A DNA stretch of 9,195 nt from IMG/VR virus record IMGVR_UViG_2698536387_000003. One strand, written 5' to 3'. The position numbers and the translations under genes were made by a program. The first letter of the stretch is position 1. Each line of letters begins with the position of its first letter. This DNA comes from a virus. Its lineage: Duplodnaviria > Heunggongvirae > Uroviricota > Caudoviricetes. This document shows, one piece after another, positions 6,571 to 9,195 of the stretch. Below the pieces are notes generated by a model that worked only from the letters and a program-made list of their open reading frames with translations, ran no database searches and was not told the DNA's origin.

Positions 6571-8303
6571 TCACTCCTCCGGACAGCTTCGCTGCCAGTT
6601 CTTTCAGGGTTGGCCGGGTCGTCTCTTCTTCCCGGGATTTTGCCAGTACAGCCAGATCAAGCTGCCAGCGTTGCACGGACACACGTAATGCCGCGTAGGC
6701 ATACACCAGGCAGTCCAGCGCTTCGTTACGCCGCTTTTTGTTATCCCACAGCAGACGCATCTTTCCTTTTTCCCACTTCTCCACCAGCTCTTCCGCCACC
6801 AGTTGCTGCGCCTCTGTCTGCGAAAAAATCTCCGGATCATCAGGAAAACGGATGGCATACGACGTGGCTTCATCCGCAGGCGTGGGATCGGCTTTCATAC
6901 GGGCATAGAGAATTTCTTTTGCGGTGTCCGTTCCCACTTCACACAGATACACGCCCCGCTGATTGCGGGTTTTCGGCATGGTGATCACCGGCTTGCCATA
7001 GACAGACGCGCCTTTTACCGGCAGCACCCGGAAAACACCGTGTTTTTTTGATCTCTGATAAACAATTTCACCATCGATCCCCCCGGTGTCCCAGCAGACA
7101 CGGGAAATAGTCATTTCGGTGCCATCCGCATGGCGGTATTTTTTGTTGATCGCCGCATCCACACGTAACAGCGTCTCTTCCTCATCGGGACGCCCCATAA
7201 TGATGATTTTATCCACCAGAAAGGCTTCCTCTCCCGGTGCCCATCCCCAGACATACATCTCAAAACGGTTTCGCTGCGAGTCAATGCCCGCCGTCAGATA
7301 AACCACCCGGGCAGGCACCGCCGCCGTGTAACGCACCACCTTATCCATCAGTACCTGGTGATCGAGTTTTTCGCCCACGGCCTCTTCCCAGGTCTCGCCC
7401 AGCGTGGTGTTCACAAAGGTTTTCAGGCCGTTGGGATCTTTCAGTGCATCCAGCCAGTCATAGACAATCTGTACCCAGGTGGTGAACGGACTGTACGCCG
7501 TCCAGATATGGAACATGATGGAGCGCGGCGGCGGAATTTCATCACCCCGGGCGCTGAAAAACGTCAGACCGTCACGGGTCCACATGCCCGTGTTTTCACA
7601 GATCCACCGCCCGTTGCTCTGGTCCAGTTCAGACTGATGGATCACGCAGCCATGATGTTCACAGAGGTAGAAAACACTTTCAGGGCTGTCCTTCTCCCAT
7701 TTAAGCCCAAAAGGCGTGGACTCATCGCCAAATTTCAGATACTGCGCCTCCCCACAGTGCGGGCAGGGCACATAAAAACGCATAAAATGCGCCGACTCGT
7801 TAGCGGCTTTTTCGATCTGGCAGGTGCCTTTGATTTTAGGCGTCGAGCCGCGAATGGATTTTGGCCACACCGACCCCTCAATACGCTTATCCCCCAGCAG
7901 GGTTGGCGAGCCCTCTTTTTCGACATCCGGCTCGAACGAGGAAAGTTCGTCATAGCAGACCACGTCAACGGATTTTTCACGGTAGTTTTTGGCGGCAGCG
8001 CCGCCCAGGCACCAGAAACCGACGCCCGATGAAAAGCGTTTCAGCGTGAGAGTATTGTCACGATGTTTACGACCCAGCCATGGGGAAAGGTCTTTCAGGC
8101 ATGGCACGTTCCGAATCGTCGCCTCCACGTGAGACTTCATAAAATCTTCAGCGGCAGAATCCGTGGGCTGAAAAAGCAGACTGTTTCGGGATTTATGCTC
8201 AATAAAATACCCGACCACCCCCAGCAACATCTTTGTATAGCCAACACGGGCAGATTTAATCAGNNNNCATCATATTATTCAGTTGTTGCTCTGATATATT
8301 CAT
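6554..8303 (-). CDS. A: Terminase large subunit, lambda gpA homolog; interrupted by a 4-N run at 8264..8267 with about 60 codons apparently missing
   Basis: The 558-aa ORF (6554..8230) aligns with lambda gpA from its internal KMLLGVYAYFIEHK to the C-terminus (CPHCGE, FVNTTLGETWE, LTAGIDSQ, WDTGGID, GTDTAKE, KKRRNEALDC). Upstream of the N-run the same strand encodes LIKSARVGYTK, matching lambda VVKSARVGYSK. Beyond the N-run an ATG at 8303..8301 encodes MNISEQQLNNMM, matching the lambda gpA N-terminus MNISNSQVNRL. The two flanks are in different frames if the gap is exactly 4 nt. Confidence 0.9.
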
Positions 8304-8673
8304 CAAGTAAATCCGGTAATTTATCCCCTGCCCGCGCACACTGATTTGCCCCCTTAGCAATAAGGGTTTTCAGATGGTCAAGATGGCGCGGTGTTAAATC
8401 AGGAAACTGTCGCTGCATGGATAAAGGGATGGAATCAAGCGTACTGGATAACGCCATTGCCAGCTTACTGAGGGCAAAAATACAGAACCCGGTGTCAATN
8501 NNNNNCACATCGTTTTTACTTCTCCTCAGATACGATATGTAAAAATCGCGCCAGGCATCCAGATCCAGTTGCCCTCGCTTATTCGATATCGGGGCACCCG
8601 GCAATTTCTGCAATCTGCGAAGCTGGCGATCGGTCAGACTTAAATGCCTGGCAACTTCAGTCTGCGTAGCCAC
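8275..8673 (-). CDS. Nu1: Terminase small subunit, lambda gpNu1-like; GTG start; interrupted by a 6-N run at 8500..8505; N-terminal DNA-binding domain differs from lambda
   Basis: The C-terminal 74 aa (IDTGFCIFALSKLAMALSSTLDSIPLSMQRQFPDLTPRHLDHLK...LPDLLDEYI) match the lambda Nu1 C-terminus (VETAFCTFVLSRIAGEIASILDGLPLSVQRRFPELENRHVDFLK...IPGLLSEYI). The N-terminal 56 aa (MATQTEVARHLSLTDRQLRRLQKLPGAPISNKRGQ...) have an HTH-like pattern in the same position as lambda's but a different sequence. The start codon is GTG at 8673..8671 with a GAGGTGAGGA Shine-Dalgarno region immediately upstream. The product is about 50 aa shorter than the 181 aa I recall for lambda Nu1, consistent with missing sequence at the N-run. 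Confidence 0.82.
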   Translation of the reverse strand: MATQTEVARHLSLTDRQLRRLQKLPGAPISNKRGQLDLDAWRDFYISYLRRSKNDVXXIDTGFCIFALSKLAMALSSTLDSIPLSMQRQFPDLTPRHLDHLKTLIAKGANQCARAGDKLPDLLDEYIRATTE

Positions 8674-8720
8674 TCCTCACCTCGCAAAAACTCTCACCTC
8701 ACAATCACAACAAAACCGGT

Positions 8721-8819
8721 CATGTCCGGTTTACATGTCTGTTTTTTGTTCATGTCCGGTTCACAGAAGACCTGTTTTTATATTTTTCATATAGTTAACT
8801 TGAAGAGAAACCGGACATG
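8721..8819. repeat. Candidate cosB terminase-binding R elements: three exact copies of the 11-mer CATGTCCGGTT (two on plus, one on minus) flanking an AT-rich segment
   Basis: Exact 11-mers at 8721..8731 and 8751..8761 (plus strand) and 8809..8819 (minus strand), with an AT-rich stretch at about 8771..8805 between the second and third. The arrangement of repeats around an AT-rich bend site parallels lambda cosB (R3, I1, R2, R1), but the motif differs from the lambda R sequence (CGTTTCC-type). Confidence 0.6.
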
Positions 8820-8856
8820 GATCCCGGAAAATTTTCATAAATAGCGAAAACCCGCG

Positions 8857-8868
8857 AGGTCGCCGCCC
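8857..8868 (-). other. cosN cohesive-end sequence, identical to the lambda 12-nt sticky end GGGCGGCGACCT; the wider cos region spans roughly 8700..8900
   Basis: The minus strand at 8868..8857 reads GGGCGGCGACCT and is followed by CGCGGGTTTTCGCTATTTATGAAAATTTTCCGG, which is identical to the first 45 nt of the lambda genome left end as I recall it. The sequence on the other side of the nick (minus-strand ...TTCGTGGGTCCTTTCCGGCGATCCGACCGGTTACG) closely matches the lambda right end, where cosQ is expected. Confidence 0.9.
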
Positions 8869-8903
8869 CGTAACCGGTCGGATCGCCGGAAAGGACCCAC
8901 GAA

Positions 8904-8920
8904 ATGATAATAATTATCAT
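8904..8920. repeat. Perfect 17-bp palindrome ATGATAATAATTATCAT on the right-end side of cos
   Basis: Read directly from the sequence. The left arm atgataat is the reverse complement of the right arm attatcat, around a central a. It lies about 35-50 bp from the cosN nick, in the region whose lambda counterpart has a similar TGATAATGATTATCA element. Confidence 0.6.
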
Positions 8921-8981
8921 CTATATAAGGTTTATCACAACATGTGTGTACGCCATCAAACCACGAGAAATAATCAATTAT

Positions 8982-9012
8982 GACGCAGGTATCGTATTAA
9001 TTGATCTGCGTC
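8982..9012. promoter_or_regulatory. Inverted repeat GACGCAG-N17-CTGCGTC upstream of the ylcI-like ORF; candidate operator or protein-binding site
   Basis: 7-bp arms at 8982..8988 and 9006..9012 are perfect reverse complements, with AT-rich partially symmetric flanks (caattat / aaattaa). A possible -10 (gataat, 9036..9041) and weak -35 lie just downstream, ahead of the ATG at 9075. Confidence 0.4.
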
Positions 9013-9074
9013 AAATTAACGTAAAAGCAACTTCAGATAATACAAATCAGCAACACTGAATATGGGGAAACATT

Positions 9075-9195
9075 ATGTCATCAAAGAACAGAACCCGCAG
9101 AACAACAACCCGCAACATCCGATTTCCAAACCAGATGATTGAACAAATTAACATCGCTCTTGATCTGAAAGGTTCAGGTAATTTTTCAGCGTGGG
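9075..9195 (+). CDS. ylcI: Small YlcI-like (DUF3950) protein, putative DNA-binding; 3' end lies beyond the window
   Basis: The ATG at 9075 is preceded by GGGGA 6 nt upstream. Translation is MSSKNRTRRTTTRNIRFPNQMIEQINIALDLKGSGNFSAW..., which matches the 64-aa ORF I recall at the lambda right end and in DLP12-type prophages adjacent to the Nu1 homolog. Not in the ORF track because there is no stop within the window. Confidence 0.6.
   Translation, partial: MSSKNRTRRTTTRNIRFPNQMIEQINIALDLKGSGNFSAW

Noticed and set aside
7358-8032. Plus-strand 224-aa ORF opposite the large terminase gene
   Set aside because: Antisense to the gpA homolog; most likely a chance open frame in GC-rich sequence.
8264-8267. 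Reading the 4-N run as an exact 4-nt stretch that truncates gpA
   Set aside because: gpA-homologous coding sequence lies on both sides in frames that differ by one, and lambda-equivalent residues are missing, so a gap of unknown length is the better explanation.
8721-8819. Possible CRISPR-like array from the repeated CATGTCCGGTT
   Set aside because: Only three 11-bp copies in mixed orientation with unequal spacing; their position between cosN and Nu1 fits terminase R sites, not a CRISPR array.
8644-8844. Plus-strand 66-aa ORF spanning the Nu1 start and cosB
   Set aside because: It lies across the cos R elements and the AT-rich segment, which are non-coding in lambda, and has no ribosome-binding site or recognisable protein features.

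Overview
This window is the DNA-packaging and head-morphogenesis block of a lambda-like (lambdoid) phage or prophage, with every gene on the minus strand. Reading the minus strand from high to low coordinates gives the canonical lambda order: cos, Nu1 (small terminase), A (large terminase), W, B (portal), C (prohead protease) with a nested Nu3 scaffold, D (decoration), E (major capsid), FI, FII, Z, U and the first codons of V. The calls rest on direct recognition of lambda protein sequences in the supplied ORF translations and of the lambda cohesive-end sequence; no database search was run. Across the cos site, one plus-strand ORF runs off the right edge of the window; it is a small YlcI/DUF3950-like protein. 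I did not find a clearly novel system here. The points most worth a second look are a lambda-identical cosN joined to a non-lambda cosB and Nu1 DNA-binding domain, a triplicated scaffold motif in C/Nu3, two N-runs that interrupt both terminase genes, and structured intergenic hairpins. The long plus-strand ORFs in the track are antisense to these genes and are judged spurious.
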